From: an uncultured Phycisphaerales bacterium
GTDB lineage: Bacteria; Planctomycetota; Phycisphaerae; UBA1845; CAIVHJ01
DNA: 37,449 nt
Reading direction: 5' to 3'
Assembly: GCA_903905665.1 (NCBI GenBank)
Contig: CAIVHJ010000381.1
Coordinates: 1-37,449, forward strand
Within the stretch, counting starts at the first letter, position 1, and each line of letters opens with the position of its first letter. A program made the position numbers and the translations under genes. Below the pieces are notes generated by a model that saw only the letters and a program-made list of their open reading frames with translations, made no database searches and was not told where the DNA came from. Of the stretch, positions 27,036 through 37,412 are shown piece after piece.

Positions 27036-28592
27036 TTAATCCGCCGGGCCGTGATAACCGTTGCATTCCCATATATAAATGCGATTGACACGATATCCGT
27101 GTCGAACGATCTCCAAATCCGGCAGGGCGGTGCAGTGGTCAAAGCGATAAAAATCTGCGGGTTGCCCCGGTCGATTGTGGAACATGGGAAAGGCATCCGT
27201 GGTCACGAAGAGAATGGGTTTTTGGCGCAGTTCGGACAGGCGGTCGTGCCACCACAGGTCATACTGATGAGACTGGGCATCCACACTCGCCACTTCGCAC
27301 ACGCCGCGCAGCGAGTAGGCGAGCGTTCCGGCGAGCACATGATGATACGTCATGACGACGGGCGTGGAGCCGGACGAAGCGGCGACCCGTTGGCACCAAT
27401 CGCTCACGACAGTGCGAAACTCCTGATTCCAACCGCATACCTGCGCCATGGGTTCGATGGTTTCGGGAAGACTGATGTATCGTTCGAGACGAGGATAGGC
27501 CATGGATTGAATGGGATACATGAGAAGTATCGGCAGCAATAGGCTCTGAACGGCGGCGATCCCGAGAGCGCCGGTGACCATCAGTTTTTTCCAGATCGAC
27601 CCGATGCGGTCATTCCCGGCGATCCATGCGGCGCCGGCCACCAATGCCGCGGTATAGGCTGATGACGGCCAGTGCGGAAGCGTCTGGCGAAATGATGCCA
27701 CTACGACGAACAGCAGCAACGTCGGAGCACTGAAACACAACAGCAGCAGCCATCGGTCGTCACGATCGCGCCACGAACGTACCCCGGCGACAACAACCCC
27801 CCACACCATCACCAGCCACAACAACGGAGAATGGTAACCCATCTGACCCACAAGACATTTCCACAACAATCCCAGACCGGGCTGAATCACTTCTCCATCC
27901 AACGCGGTGCGACTTTGCACAAAACCCAGTCCCATCCAATCGTGTCGGAAGTTCCACCACAATACCGGTGCAAACATTCCCAGTCCGATCAAAACCATCG
28001 CATAAGGTTCAGGACGCTTGAACCACACCCGGCAGCGCGAGGACAGCAGCGCCATCAACACCATCGCAACGACAATCATCACTCCGGGGTACTTCGACAA
28101 CATGGCGCCACCCAACGCCGTACCCACCAGATAAAACCATCCGACGCGATGATCGACCACGATTCGAGCCGCAAAGTATAGCGCCAGACTCATCCAGAAC
28201 AACAGCAGCGTCTCCGGCAGCAGAATGCACCCCGCCGCCACCGAAAAAAGCGGATGAACCGTGTGCAACAAAGCCGCCCAGAACCCGACACGCTCGCCAA
28301 ACAACTTTCGACCGGTGCAAAACAGCAACCACCCCACCGCCACCGACAATCCGACGGCCGCCAGCCGCCAAGTCCACGGGGCATCCCCCAGCCAGCGCGT
28401 CATGAGCGCAAAAACGTAGGCTATCAGCGGGGGATGATCGACATAGCCCCAATCGAGATGACGCGACCAGTCCCAGTAACACGCTTCATCAGGAATCGGG
28501 TCAAACCGGCCGATCAGCATCAATCGATAGACCGCCCCGACCAGCAATGTCCAGATCGTCCAGCGACGATAAAATCCAGGTGCACGATTCAC
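27036..28592 (-). CDS. GT-C glycosyltransferase (ArnT/PMT-like)
   Basis: PDEACYWDWSRHLDWGYVDHPPLIA, LSKY, PVLWWN, PHW; multiple transmembrane segments. Confidence 0.9.
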   Translation of the reverse strand: MNRAPGFYRRWTIWTLLVGAVYRLMLIGRFDPIPDEACYWDWSRHLDWGYVDHPPLIAYVFALMTRWLGDAPWTWRLAAVGLSVAVGWLLFCTGRKLFGERVGFWAALLHTVHPLFSVAAGCILLPETLLLFWMSLALYFAARIVVDHRVGWFYLVGTALGGAMLSKYPGVMIVVAMVLMALLSSRCRVWFKRPEPYAMVLIGLGMFAPVLWWNFRHDWMGLGFVQSRTALDGEVIQPGLGLLWKCLVGQMGYHSPLLWLVMVWGVVVAGVRSWRDRDDRWLLLLCFSAPTLLLFVVVASFRQTLPHWPSSAYTAALVAGAAWIAGNDRIGSIWKKLMVTGALGIAAVQSLLLPILLMYPIQSMAYPRLERYISLPETIEPMAQVCGWNQEFRTVVSDWCQRVAASSGSTPVVMTYHHVLAGTLAYSLRGVCEVASVDAQSHQYDLWWHDRLSELRQKPILFVTTDAFPMFHNRPGQPADFYRFDHCTALPDLEIVRHGYRVNRIYIWECNGYHGPAD

Positions 28593-28751
28593 AGAGCATC
28601 TCCGAAATAAATTTCGTCGCTATACTTTATCCGGTCTGTCTTACTCCGTCACGTCCGGGGTGCTATTCAACCCATTGGGGAACCGTATAATAAGATGGTG
28701 AACTTTCCACTGAATGACGGTGGAATCGGAACAATCGGGGAGAATTTGCTG

Positions 28752-29225
28752 ATGGCGAATTCCAAAATTGAAGTCGTCGGCCCGGAAGAAGTGACGTTGA
28801 TCACCGAGTTGTACAACGCGGTATATCGCCCGCCCAAGACGGTAGCGTTTTTTCAGCGTCGTTTCAGCGGACGGTTGAACGTCGTCATGCTGGTGGCACA
28901 CCTCGATCGCAGACCGGTGGGATTCGCCACGGGATTTGAATTGAAGCCGTCCACGTTTTATGCATGGCTTACGGGTGTTTTGCCCGATGCGCGACGATTG
29001 GGGGTTGCCAGCCAACTGACGGAAGCGCTGGAAGGCTGGGCGATCGAACACGGATATGTGCGGATGCGTTTTGAGTGCTACAGCCGACACAGGGCGATGC
29101 TCCATCTGGCGATCACCAGCAATTACAACATCGTCGGTATTCGCTGGGACCCCGACGGACAAGACAACCTTGTCATTTTCGAGAAGACGCTGGTTGAATC
29201 CCACACCGAGGAAGCGGACATATAA
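28752..29225 (+). CDS. GNAT-family N-acetyltransferase
   Basis: GVLPDARRLGVASQL acetyl-CoA motif; TATAAT at 28686-28691; alternative start at 28695. Confidence 0.9.
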   Translation: MANSKIEVVGPEEVTLITELYNAVYRPPKTVAFFQRRFSGRLNVVMLVAHLDRRPVGFATGFELKPSTFYAWLTGVLPDARRLGVASQLTEALEGWAIEHGYVRMRFECYSRHRAMLHLAITSNYNIVGIRWDPDGQDNLVIFEKTLVESHTEEADI

Positions 29226-29282
29226 GGCAATCTCTCCGCGTTCGGATTCGAGTGGTGCCTCTCGCACTTCGGACGCTGTTTC

Positions 29283-29311
29283 TTGTCAATTTGGACCCCT
29301 CGTGATATAGT
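29283..29311 (+). promoter_or_regulatory. sigma70 promoter of rpsA
   Basis: TTGTCA (29283-29288), 17-bp spacer, TGn-extended TATAGT (29306-29311). Confidence 0.6.
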
Positions 29312-29608
29312 GGCGTCGTTCGATGGACAGTGGTGTCCGGGCGAGTGTTCGGGCCTGATCCGTCGTGTGGATTTCGGGTTTGCGGCGATCGAGTTTCAGT
29401 CGGTTCGGAATTCCCTTCCCAATTCTTTGCACATTGACGAAATTGAAGAATTGCATGGCGTGCCCTTGAGGCGCGCGGAGTTCTTGTGTCGGCTGGAAGG
29501 TCAGCCCAATCCGATGCGTGCATTTCTGCAGAATCAAACTCCGCAGTGTGATGAACACACGATGGGCGAGACGAGAACTGCACCGCAGAACAAGGAAATT
29601 GGTACAAC

Positions 29609-31495
29609 ATGGTCAATTATCATCTGCTCGAAGAATACGACATCACTCCTGAGGCGGTGGAAGCCGAACTCCAAAACATCCTGAGTCAGGCTCAGGGATC
29701 TCAAGCCGTCGCGGATCGCATTGAAGGAGCGATGAACGAGATCACCGCCGGAACATTGCTCAAAGGGAAGATCGTCAGCCGCAGCGGGGATGACGTGGTC
29801 ATTGACGTGGGGCTTAAGAGCGAAGGACTTTTGCCCTCCGACGAGTGGGACAATCCCAGCGACATTGTTCTGGGACAGGAGATTGACGTTTGGCTCGACG
29901 CCGTGGAGTCGGACAGCGGACTCGTGCAGTTGAGCAAGCGCAAAGCCGATCGCATGTTGAACTGGCAACGGATCGTTTCAACCGCCAACGAAGGAGACGT
30001 CGTCAAAGGCAAAGTCATGCGGAAAATCAAAGGCGGATTGCTGATGGACATCGGGGTTCCGGTGTTTTTGCCTGCTTCTCAGGTGGACGTCCGACGGCCG
30101 GGCGACATCGCCGAATTCATCGGCCGCGAAGTCGAAGCCAAAATCCTCAAAATCGACACCGAACGACGCAACATCGTCGTTTCCCGCCGACGCCTGATCG
30201 AGGAACGGCGGCAACTCGCAAGAGAAACCCTTTTGCTGGAACTCGAACCAGGCCAGACCCGAAAAGGCATCGTCAAAAACATCGCCGATTTCGGCGCGTT
30301 TGTTGATCTGGGCGGCATCGACGGATTGCTTCACATCACCGACATCAGCTGGGATCGCGTTCATCATCCGTCCGAAATTCTCAAAATCGATCAGGAACTT
30401 GAAGTCAGCATCCTGAGCGTGGACCGCGAGAAGGAAAAAATTGCACTGGGACTCAAGCAGCGGCAGGAAGACCCGTGGTTGCGCGTCGAAGAAAAATATC
30501 CGATCGGCGCACACATCAAGGGCGAGGTGGTCAACATTACCAATTACGGCGCGTTTGTGAAACTCGAACCGGGGGTGGAGGGGTTGGTTCACATCAGCGA
30601 GATGAGCTGGACGCGGCGGATCAATCATCCGTCCGAGATGGTCAGCGCCGGTGATTCGGTTGAAGTCGTCGTGCTGGAGATCAACAAGGAGAAAAAAGAA
30701 ATCAGTCTGGGCATGAAGCAGTGCGAAACGAATCCATGGACGCTGGTGGCGGCCAAATATCCCGCGTTCACGCGAGTCAAAGGGAAAGTCCGCAACCTGA
30801 CCAATTACGGCGCGTTCGTGGAAATCGAGGAGGGCATCGACGGACTTTTGCACGTTTCTGATCTGAGTTGGACCAAGAAAATTTCGCATCCGTCCGAAAT
30901 GCTCAAGAAGGGCGAGGAGATCGAATGCGTCGTGCTCAAGGTTGAGGAAGACAAGCAGCGGATCGCGCTGGGGCTCAAGCAACTGACCGAAGACCCGTGG
31001 GACCGCGCGGTTCCCGATCATTACATTCCCGGACAGATCGTCGAGGGCGTCGTCACTAAGATCACCAATTTCGGCGTGTTTGTCGAACTGGAGAAGGACC
31101 TTGAGGGATTGCTTCACGTCAGCGAATTGTCGGACGAGAAAATCGAGGACGTTCACGATGCGGTTAAGGTCGGTGATAAGATTCAGGTCAAAATTTTGCG
31201 TGTGGATCCGATCGAGCGAAAAATCGGTCTCAGCAAAAAGCGAGCCGAATGGGCCGCCGAGGAATCCCCCGAAGACGCGAAAGGCAGAAAGGAACGCCGG
31301 GGCGGACTCATGGGTTCGGTGGATTTGGGCACCGATATCATCAACCGCGATTTGCTCAGTCGCCCGAAAGATCAAAAACCCGACGTCCCGCCGATAGCGG
31401 CGAGTGCTTCGACGGACGGCGAATCCGAGACCAAAGGAGAGTCCCCCGTCGAACCGACGAATTCGGGAGACTCCGATAACCCGGAAACGACCTGA
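29609..31495 (+). CDS. rpsA: 30S ribosomal protein S1
   Basis: Six S1 domains (DVGLKSEG, FLPASQVD, and four (F/Y)G.FV.L..G..GL.H repeats); AAGGA ribosome-binding site. Confidence 0.97.
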   Translation: MVNYHLLEEYDITPEAVEAELQNILSQAQGSQAVADRIEGAMNEITAGTLLKGKIVSRSGDDVVIDVGLKSEGLLPSDEWDNPSDIVLGQEIDVWLDAVESDSGLVQLSKRKADRMLNWQRIVSTANEGDVVKGKVMRKIKGGLLMDIGVPVFLPASQVDVRRPGDIAEFIGREVEAKILKIDTERRNIVVSRRRLIEERRQLARETLLLELEPGQTRKGIVKNIADFGAFVDLGGIDGLLHITDISWDRVHHPSEILKIDQELEVSILSVDREKEKIALGLKQRQEDPWLRVEEKYPIGAHIKGEVVNITNYGAFVKLEPGVEGLVHISEMSWTRRINHPSEMVSAGDSVEVVVLEINKEKKEISLGMKQCETNPWTLVAAKYPAFTRVKGKVRNLTNYGAFVEIEEGIDGLLHVSDLSWTKKISHPSEMLKKGEEIECVVLKVEEDKQRIALGLKQLTEDPWDRAVPDHYIPGQIVEGVVTKITNFGVFVELEKDLEGLLHVSELSDEKIEDVHDAVKVGDKIQVKILRVDPIERKIGLSKKRAEWAAEESPEDAKGRKERRGGLMGSVDLGTDIINRDLLSRPKDQKPDVPPIAASASTDGESETKGESPVEPTNSGDSDNPETT

Positions 31496-31657
31496 ATCGT
31501 GTCGGATTGAGCGATCTATAATGCGATATGATGCCCTCTGGGCTTTTTGGCGCTCATGTGGGATCGGGCTTTGGGCGATGAATGACGATGGGGACGGGGA
31601 TGGTGTTTCCCGACTACCCTCTCGACCGATGGTTTCTACTTTGATCGGATATCTTCC

Positions 31658-32536
31658 GTGGAATCCGGGCTGCAACTATATCTGAAGCAGATCAACGAAG
31701 CCCCTCTGCTTTCTCCCGACGAAGAAAAAGAACTGGGCGAAATCATCCAGCATTCGATCGAGACGAATCGCCTTTTTCGCGAGCGCACGATCACCCTCGC
31801 CGAAAAAGAAAACTTCGAAACCAAAGCGCAACACGCCCGCGATCGCATGATCCGCTCGAACCTGCGTCTTGTCGTCAACATCGCCAAAAACTATACCAAG
31901 CGAGGCATGCCCCTCAACGACCTCGTCGAAGAAGGCAATCTGGGATTGTTGCGCGCGGTCGAGGGATTTGATCCGACGCAGGGGACACGGTTCAGCACGT
32001 ATGCGTCGTGGTGGATCAAGCAGGCGATCAAACGGGCGCTCATCAATGCCGTTCAACCGATCCACATCCCCGCCTATATGGTGGACATGATCGCGCGGTT
32101 CAAACAGGCCCACGAGTCTTTCATCGAACGGGAAGGGCGTAATCCCGATCTTCGGGAACTGGCGCGGGAGATGGATTTACCCGAGCGCAAAGTTCGAATC
32201 ATCAAACGCGCGGTCAAAGCCTTCGCGTCTCCGACTCAATCCAGTGAGCAAGGAGAAGGTCTTCCGCTGGCAGAGATGCTGGCCGACACTCGCAATCCCA
32301 AACCGGAGGATGCCGTCTTCACGGCGGCGGAGGAGGCGCTCCTCAAGAAATTTCTGGATCAGATCGACGCCCGCGAAGCAAGAATTCTTCGCATGCGATT
32401 CGGGCTGGACGATAAGGAGCCCATGACGCTGAAAGACATCGGCTCGAAGGTCGGATTGACCCGCGAACGCGTTCGACAAATCGAAACCGAAGCCATCAAA
32501 CGCCTGAATCAACTCCTCGAAACCGAAACCAGATGA
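31658..32536 (+). CDS. RNA polymerase sigma70 factor, RpoD/RpoS-like (regions 1.2-4, no region 1.1)
   Basis: LQLYLKQI..PLL, SNLRLVVNIAK, DLVEEGNLGL, RFSTYASWWIKQAI, TRERVRQIE. Confidence 0.93.
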   Translation: MESGLQLYLKQINEAPLLSPDEEKELGEIIQHSIETNRLFRERTITLAEKENFETKAQHARDRMIRSNLRLVVNIAKNYTKRGMPLNDLVEEGNLGLLRAVEGFDPTQGTRFSTYASWWIKQAIKRALINAVQPIHIPAYMVDMIARFKQAHESFIEREGRNPDLRELAREMDLPERKVRIIKRAVKAFASPTQSSEQGEGLPLAEMLADTRNPKPEDAVFTAAEEALLKKFLDQIDAREARILRMRFGLDDKEPMTLKDIGSKVGLTRERVRQIETEAIKRLNQLLETETR

Positions 32537-32585
32537 TCTCGTCTGGTCAACGTCGCCGCCACCTCGAAAATGTTTCGCTAATCCG

Positions 32586-33437
32586 TCAATGTTCTTCGTG
32601 AAGATTCTCGATAAACGCCAGAAACGGTTTTTCCACTTCCTCGATCTGTCCCACACCGAGTACGTCGCACAACGTGGAGATTCCGCACGGATCCTTCTCT
32701 GTGTCGGCTGCGAATCGCCGATAAAATTCTCGAAGTTTTCCCTGCTCCTGAAGGTAATAGCACAAATACCGCGATTCGGCATAATGCATACCGTGCGGAT
32801 CGGTATAAAACTCTTCCGACGTGGTGGACAGCAATCGGCGAAGCGGTACGAAATGCCCGTCGCGAATTCCGTTCTTCAGCACCGGCAATCGCCAGTTGAT
32901 CAATCCCGCCGGATGTCCTTCCTGCTCCCGACAGGCTTCAAATAGCGAACCCATCCCCTCGTTGAACCACGCCGGACATCGCGGAAAATTCGCCTCCATC
33001 AACGGATGAACCATCTCATGCACCAGCGTGCCCCCGCCCGTCGCAATGTTCATCACCAGGGCATCGTGTTCGCGGCTGTAATATCCGTAGGGGGTCGTGG
33101 GGGTTTGATCAAAAAATTTCTTGACGTTCCCCCGGTACGAATCGTCGCCATCAAACAGGTAGATCACCATCACCCGTTCGGGATCCTTGTCGAAAAAATC
33201 CTTCTTGAGCATCCGAACGGCCCATCGAATCGTCCCCGTACGCGTCCGTTCAAAATCCTCCGCCGACTGATCGCTCACGACGACAAACGGTTTTTCCATT
33301 GCGACCCGAAACCCTGCCCCCACCTTCGCGCGCATCTCCTGAAGTTTGTTCTCAAAATCGGCATCCGGGGGCGTCGCTGCTGCACACCAACCGCACACAA
33401 TGGCGCCTAAGGAAAAACCGATTGCTCGCCGGGCCAT
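32586..33437 (-). CDS. Secreted zincin-type metallopeptidase-like protein (DUF1570 / peptidase MA-like)
   Basis: Signal peptide, TLVHEMVH, PAWFNEG, HYAES; GAGGGG ribosome-binding site before ATG 33437. Confidence 0.75.
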   Translation of the reverse strand: MARRAIGFSLGAIVCGWCAAATPPDADFENKLQEMRAKVGAGFRVAMEKPFVVVSDQSAEDFERTRTGTIRWAVRMLKKDFFDKDPERVMVIYLFDGDDSYRGNVKKFFDQTPTTPYGYYSREHDALVMNIATGGGTLVHEMVHPLMEANFPRCPAWFNEGMGSLFEACREQEGHPAGLINWRLPVLKNGIRDGHFVPLRRLLSTTSEEFYTDPHGMHYAESRYLCYYLQEQGKLREFYRRFAADTEKDPCGISTLCDVLGVGQIEEVEKPFLAFIENLHEEH

Positions 33438-33463
33438 CTGCGTCCCCTCAAATTGGTCTATCT

Positions 33464-35035
33464 TCACTTGGCCGGTAGAATCCCCAGTTTCCGCAATTGT
33501 GCAATAATCGCACGGGTGTATGCATCGGCGCCGGCAGGATTCGGGTGCAAGACTGAGGCATAGAGGCACGTCAGCAAATCCTGTTGAACCCCTTCATCGG
33601 TGCACAGTGCGGCGCGATAATCCAGCAGCGGATCCTCCGGGAAAAGCGTCAAATCGTATCCCAGGTCCAGCCCGCCGGGAAGAACATCCTTTTCCGTCAA
33701 ACCCCAAATCCATGAGTCGGGTGCAAACGCCGTATTGGCGGGTTCGTACCCTGCATCAGCATACGCCGCTCGGGGCGGCGAAGTTTCGGCATTGACATCC
33801 GCAACCGCCTGCTCAAGGCTTTGACTTGAAACCTCATAAAAAATCGATGAATTCGTGATCAATTGCTCCAGCGTCTTTGAAAGCGTGCTATCCTGCCCTC
33901 CACCGCCTGAAACACCACCCGATTGATCCGATGGCGGCTGTCCGCTCAAAATATTCAGCCATTGTTCCAAAGTGGTCAGATCGGATTGCTCGCTGAAAAA
34001 CGGATAGTAGCCGTTCACAACGATTTTCGCATGGTTTGCCAAACCCTCAACTTCCTGCAACACGTCAAACATCACATCATGGCAGGATTGTCGCGTGAGC
34101 GTCTCCAGGTCTTCCGCCGTCGTGTCCCCCGACAAAATCTTGCCCAATCCGACGTCGTTGGCGCAACCATCCAGCAAGATCAGTTCGAGCAGTTCCGGTC
34201 GCTGCACCAGCGCCAGCTGCTCGGTCACCGACGTGTAAGCCTTGGGAACCTCCCCGGAACACAGACCCACGCAGTAACCACCGCCCGTTTCCGGTGGCAA
34301 AAGGCTCGCGCCGGAAATCGAATAATTCTGCAAAATTACTTTCCGACCTGTCTCCTGCTCAATCTGCTCAGCCACTCGCGTGGTAAACTTGTCGCGGTGA
34401 GTCAATCCGTTACCCCACATCACCGAATCCCCAACCGCCGCCATATAGAAAAAGTCCCGAACCAGCTCCACGCGATCCGCCCCGATCGCGGCTCCGTCGG
34501 GCGCCTCCGCCGCATACACCTCCAGCGTCATAAACGATCCCAGTCCCGTTTCGGGAATCGCCACGGCAAATCGATGTTCCAATCCCGACGCCCCGCCGCT
34601 GATTTCCCAGAATATTCCCTCGGACCGACTTAATGCCTCCATCGCACCGGAAGATAATTTCCACGTCCCATCTTCCTGCAATGGATCGGCTGGTACGGGA
34701 TCGCTCAAGGCCGACAATTGGGTAATTTGCTGGTCCTGCTGATCATACAACCGCATCCGAACCGCCGCGCCATCCGAAACCGCCACCGTCATATAAAAAC
34801 CAGCCGTACGATCCGCGCGATCGTCCGACGAATCCGGGTCAAACCAAAAAACGGGAACATAAACATCCACCGACGACACTTCGGGAGCGCGAAGCCGTTC
34901 GACACCCAGAATAAACACGGCTCCGGCACCGGTACTGCTCCCTGCCAGAGGTGCTTCCGAACTGCATCCACCCCCACCAACGACAATGCAGCCAATGCAC
35001 ATCGCCCAAATCCGAGTTCGGATTGCTGTGTACAT
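33464..35035 (-). CDS. SGNH/GDSL hydrolase-family lipoprotein
   Basis: Lipobox-like GGGC, block I GDSVMWG, SISGA, GCAND, LHPN. Confidence 0.8.
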   Translation of the reverse strand: MYTAIRTRIWAMCIGCIVVGGGGCSSEAPLAGSSTGAGAVFILGVERLRAPEVSSVDVYVPVFWFDPDSSDDRADRTAGFYMTVAVSDGAAVRMRLYDQQDQQITQLSALSDPVPADPLQEDGTWKLSSGAMEALSRSEGIFWEISGGASGLEHRFAVAIPETGLGSFMTLEVYAAEAPDGAAIGADRVELVRDFFYMAAVGDSVMWGNGLTHRDKFTTRVAEQIEQETGRKVILQNYSISGASLLPPETGGGYCVGLCSGEVPKAYTSVTEQLALVQRPELLELILLDGCANDVGLGKILSGDTTAEDLETLTRQSCHDVMFDVLQEVEGLANHAKIVVNGYYPFFSEQSDLTTLEQWLNILSGQPPSDQSGGVSGGGGQDSTLSKTLEQLITNSSIFYEVSSQSLEQAVADVNAETSPPRAAYADAGYEPANTAFAPDSWIWGLTEKDVLPGGLDLGYDLTLFPEDPLLDYRAALCTDEGVQQDLLTCLYASVLHPNPAGADAYTRAIIAQLRKLGILPAK

Positions 35036-35054
35036 CTGCGCACCTCCCGCACGC

Positions 35055-35792
35055 TCATGATTCGGAAATCACCGCCGCTCGCAAATCCGCGACTTCCGTG
35101 GAGGTCAGCTTCCGATACTGCCCCGGACCCAGCCCCCGGAGCGAAAGCGGACCTATGCGAACGCGCTTGAGTCGGTGAACCTTCTGCCCCAGAAGTGACA
35201 GAATTTGTCGTACCTGACGATTGCGCCCCTCGCGCAGCCGAATCTCCAACTGGCATCCTTCCCGATCCGAATAGACTACCCGAATCTTCACCCGCTGCGC
35301 TTTGCCCTCGCTGAGCCACACCCCCTTGCGAATCTTTTCCAGTTCTTCCCCGCTGATCGCACCACGAACCGTCGCCGAATACGTCTTCTCGACACCGTAG
35401 CGCGGATGCGCCAATCGCTCCGCCAACTCCCCATCATTCGTCATCAAAACCAATCCCGTCGAATCCTTGTCCAGCCGACCTACCGGATAAACCCGCTCTT
35501 TTACGCCCTTCAGCAAATCCATCGTCTTGCGGCGATCACCGGGATCATTGTTGGTGCACAAAACTCCCTGGGGTTTGTGAAGCAGATAATACACCATTGG
35601 TTCCCGATGAATGCGATACCCGTCCACCCGGATGTCATCGACGCGGGGATCGACCAGAACCGGCAACTCGTCCACGATCTCGCCGTTGACGCTCACGCGC
35701 CCTTCAATCGCCATTGCCTCGCACGCACGCCTCGAACCATATCCTGCTGCCGCGAGCACCTTTTGAATTCGCTCTGGTTTTCGATTCATCAC
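35055..35792 (-). CDS. rluB: rRNA pseudouridine synthase (RluB/RsuA family)
   Basis: S4 domain RIQKVLA..GSRR, VGRLDKDSTGL, EGRNRQVR. Confidence 0.9.
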   Translation of the reverse strand: MMNRKPERIQKVLAAAGYGSRRACEAMAIEGRVSVNGEIVDELPVLVDPRVDDIRVDGYRIHREPMVYYLLHKPQGVLCTNNDPGDRRKTMDLLKGVKERVYPVGRLDKDSTGLVLMTNDGELAERLAHPRYGVEKTYSATVRGAISGEELEKIRKGVWLSEGKAQRVKIRVVYSDREGCQLEIRLREGRNRQVRQILSLLGQKVHRLKRVRIGPLSLRGLGPGQYRKLTSTEVADLRAAVISES

Positions 35793-35805
35793 AACCTCAT
35801 CATCA

Positions 35806-36825
35806 TCAATGCCTATGGTGCGGTAGTGTCACCACCAGCGCTTCCATCGGACCTTCCGAAATCCATCGACACGCTGTCACGGCAGCCGGAAAAACCACCG
35901 TATCCCATCGACGAACGTTAATCTCCAAACCACTGACAGGATGCAGCAATCGCCCCAGTCCCGAGAGCGTCATCCAAATCACCAATTCACCCAACGCCAT
36001 CGAAAAATCCACACCATCGTTCAAAATAACTCGGTCGATGACAAAGTCCTCGGTCACCCCGAGACACTCCACCTGTACCTTCGGAGTCGAACCCCACGCC
36101 GTTGCGACTGCAGACTTTTGCTTCATCATGGATTTCGCCACAGGTTCAAAATGAATCGAACGTAGCGCCTGTTCGAGATGCATCTCGCGCGGCCGACCGG
36201 TGTGTGAATCAATCCGGTTCCAGTCGAACAGTCGAAACGTCGTGTCGCTCGGGGTTTGAACCTCTGCGACCATCACTCCCGCACCCAGCGCATGGACCGT
36301 TCCTGCCTGAATCTCATGAACTTCTCCCACACGGGCGGGAATGCGCAAAAGCACTTCGTCTGGACATCCCCTTACCATCGCGGATGTGAACTGCTCTTGG
36401 GTGACACCCGACCGGAGTCCCTTGTATAGGACTGCATTCGGCGCGGCATCGATCACGTACCAGGCTTCGTGTTTAGAGCGAACACTACCTCCCATTTTCC
36501 GCGCCGTCGCTTCGTCAGGATGAACCTGAACGCTGAGCGGTTGGGCGGCGTCAAGGTATTTGATCAACAGCGGAAACGCTCCTTCGCAAAGCGATGCGTC
36601 GCCGATCAGGCTTGTATCCCACCTCTTCACCAATTCATGAAGCGTCTGACCCCGTGAAGGACCGGCAGTGACAATGGATTGCTCGTTCGGCAGGTCCGCT
36701 ACTTCCCATGATTCGCCGATCGGTTGATCCGAGGGAACAGAACGCCCGAACAAGGTGTGCAACCGCCGACCGCCCCACAATCGAGGCTTGTAAATCGGTT
36801 CCAGCACAAGGGGATGCACATCCAT
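35806..36825 (-). CDS. Mannose-6-phosphate isomerase, class I
   Basis: WGG, IGESWE, FPLLIKYLDA..LSVQVHP, KHEAWY, AGTVHA, EVQTPSDTTFRLFDW. Confidence 0.92.
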   Translation of the reverse strand: MDVHPLVLEPIYKPRLWGGRRLHTLFGRSVPSDQPIGESWEVADLPNEQSIVTAGPSRGQTLHELVKRWDTSLIGDASLCEGAFPLLIKYLDAAQPLSVQVHPDEATARKMGGSVRSKHEAWYVIDAAPNAVLYKGLRSGVTQEQFTSAMVRGCPDEVLLRIPARVGEVHEIQAGTVHALGAGVMVAEVQTPSDTTFRLFDWNRIDSHTGRPREMHLEQALRSIHFEPVAKSMMKQKSAVATAWGSTPKVQVECLGVTEDFVIDRVILNDGVDFSMALGELVIWMTLSGLGRLLHPVSGLEINVRRWDTVVFPAAVTACRWISEGPMEALVVTLPHHRH

Positions 36826-36967
36826 TGCGAGCCAGTGTCGCTCAATTCCAACGGGGGGTCAAGGTTGACAAATTCCCGCGAAACGATCAGGATGCGATGC
36901 GTCATTCGCCGCAGGATTCGATGTGCGCGAACTCCGTGTGTGTCACATTATTGGAAAGGGCTGCCTC

Positions 36968-37348
36968 ATGTCGTCATTACCCGCTTCACCCGGTGGAGCT
37001 GTTCCTTCGGAAACTCCAAACTTCGTTGCGTTCGATGATTTCCTCAAACTCGACCTTCGCGTCGCCAAGGTTCTCGACGTCACCGAACATCCCAATGCCG
37101 ACAAACTCTGGCTGCTTAAAATTGATCTGGGGACCGAACAGCGGCAACTCTGCGCCGGACTGCGCGGTTACTACACGCGCGAGCAACTCCTCGGCAAAAA
37201 CATCGTCGTCGTGGTCAATCTGGCGCCTAGAACCATGCGCGGTCAAATCAGTCAGGGAATGCTCCTCGCCGCCTCCAGCGACGACAAATCCAAAGTCATC
37301 ATTCTGACCACCGATGCCGATATCGCCCCCGGCAGCAAAGTCACATAA
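36968..37348 (+). CDS. Stand-alone tRNA-binding OB-fold protein (MetRS C-terminal/beta subunit, Trbp111/CsaA-like)
   Basis: FDDFLKLDLRVAKV..HPNADKL..IDLG..RQ..NLAPRTMRGQISQGMLLAA; GAAAGGG ribosome-binding site; TTGACA at 36865. Confidence 0.92.
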   Translation: MSSLPASPGGAVPSETPNFVAFDDFLKLDLRVAKVLDVTEHPNADKLWLLKIDLGTEQRQLCAGLRGYYTREQLLGKNIVVVVNLAPRTMRGQISQGMLLAASSDDKSKVIILTTDADIAPGSKVT

Positions 37349-37412
37349 AACGCCTGACAAAATCAGAGACGCGACTGCCAACCCATTGGTGGGCGTCAGG
37401 GAGCGCCTAATT

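Noticed and set aside
29978-31675. 565-aa antisense ORF over rpsA (likewise the antisense ORFs over xfp, the NtrC gene and the activase)
   Set aside because: Typical antisense shadows in GC-rich coding sequence, with no protein motifs.
31658-32536. Primary sigma factor rpoD
   Set aside because: Only 292 aa and lacks region 1.1; best called an RpoD-like alternative sigma factor.
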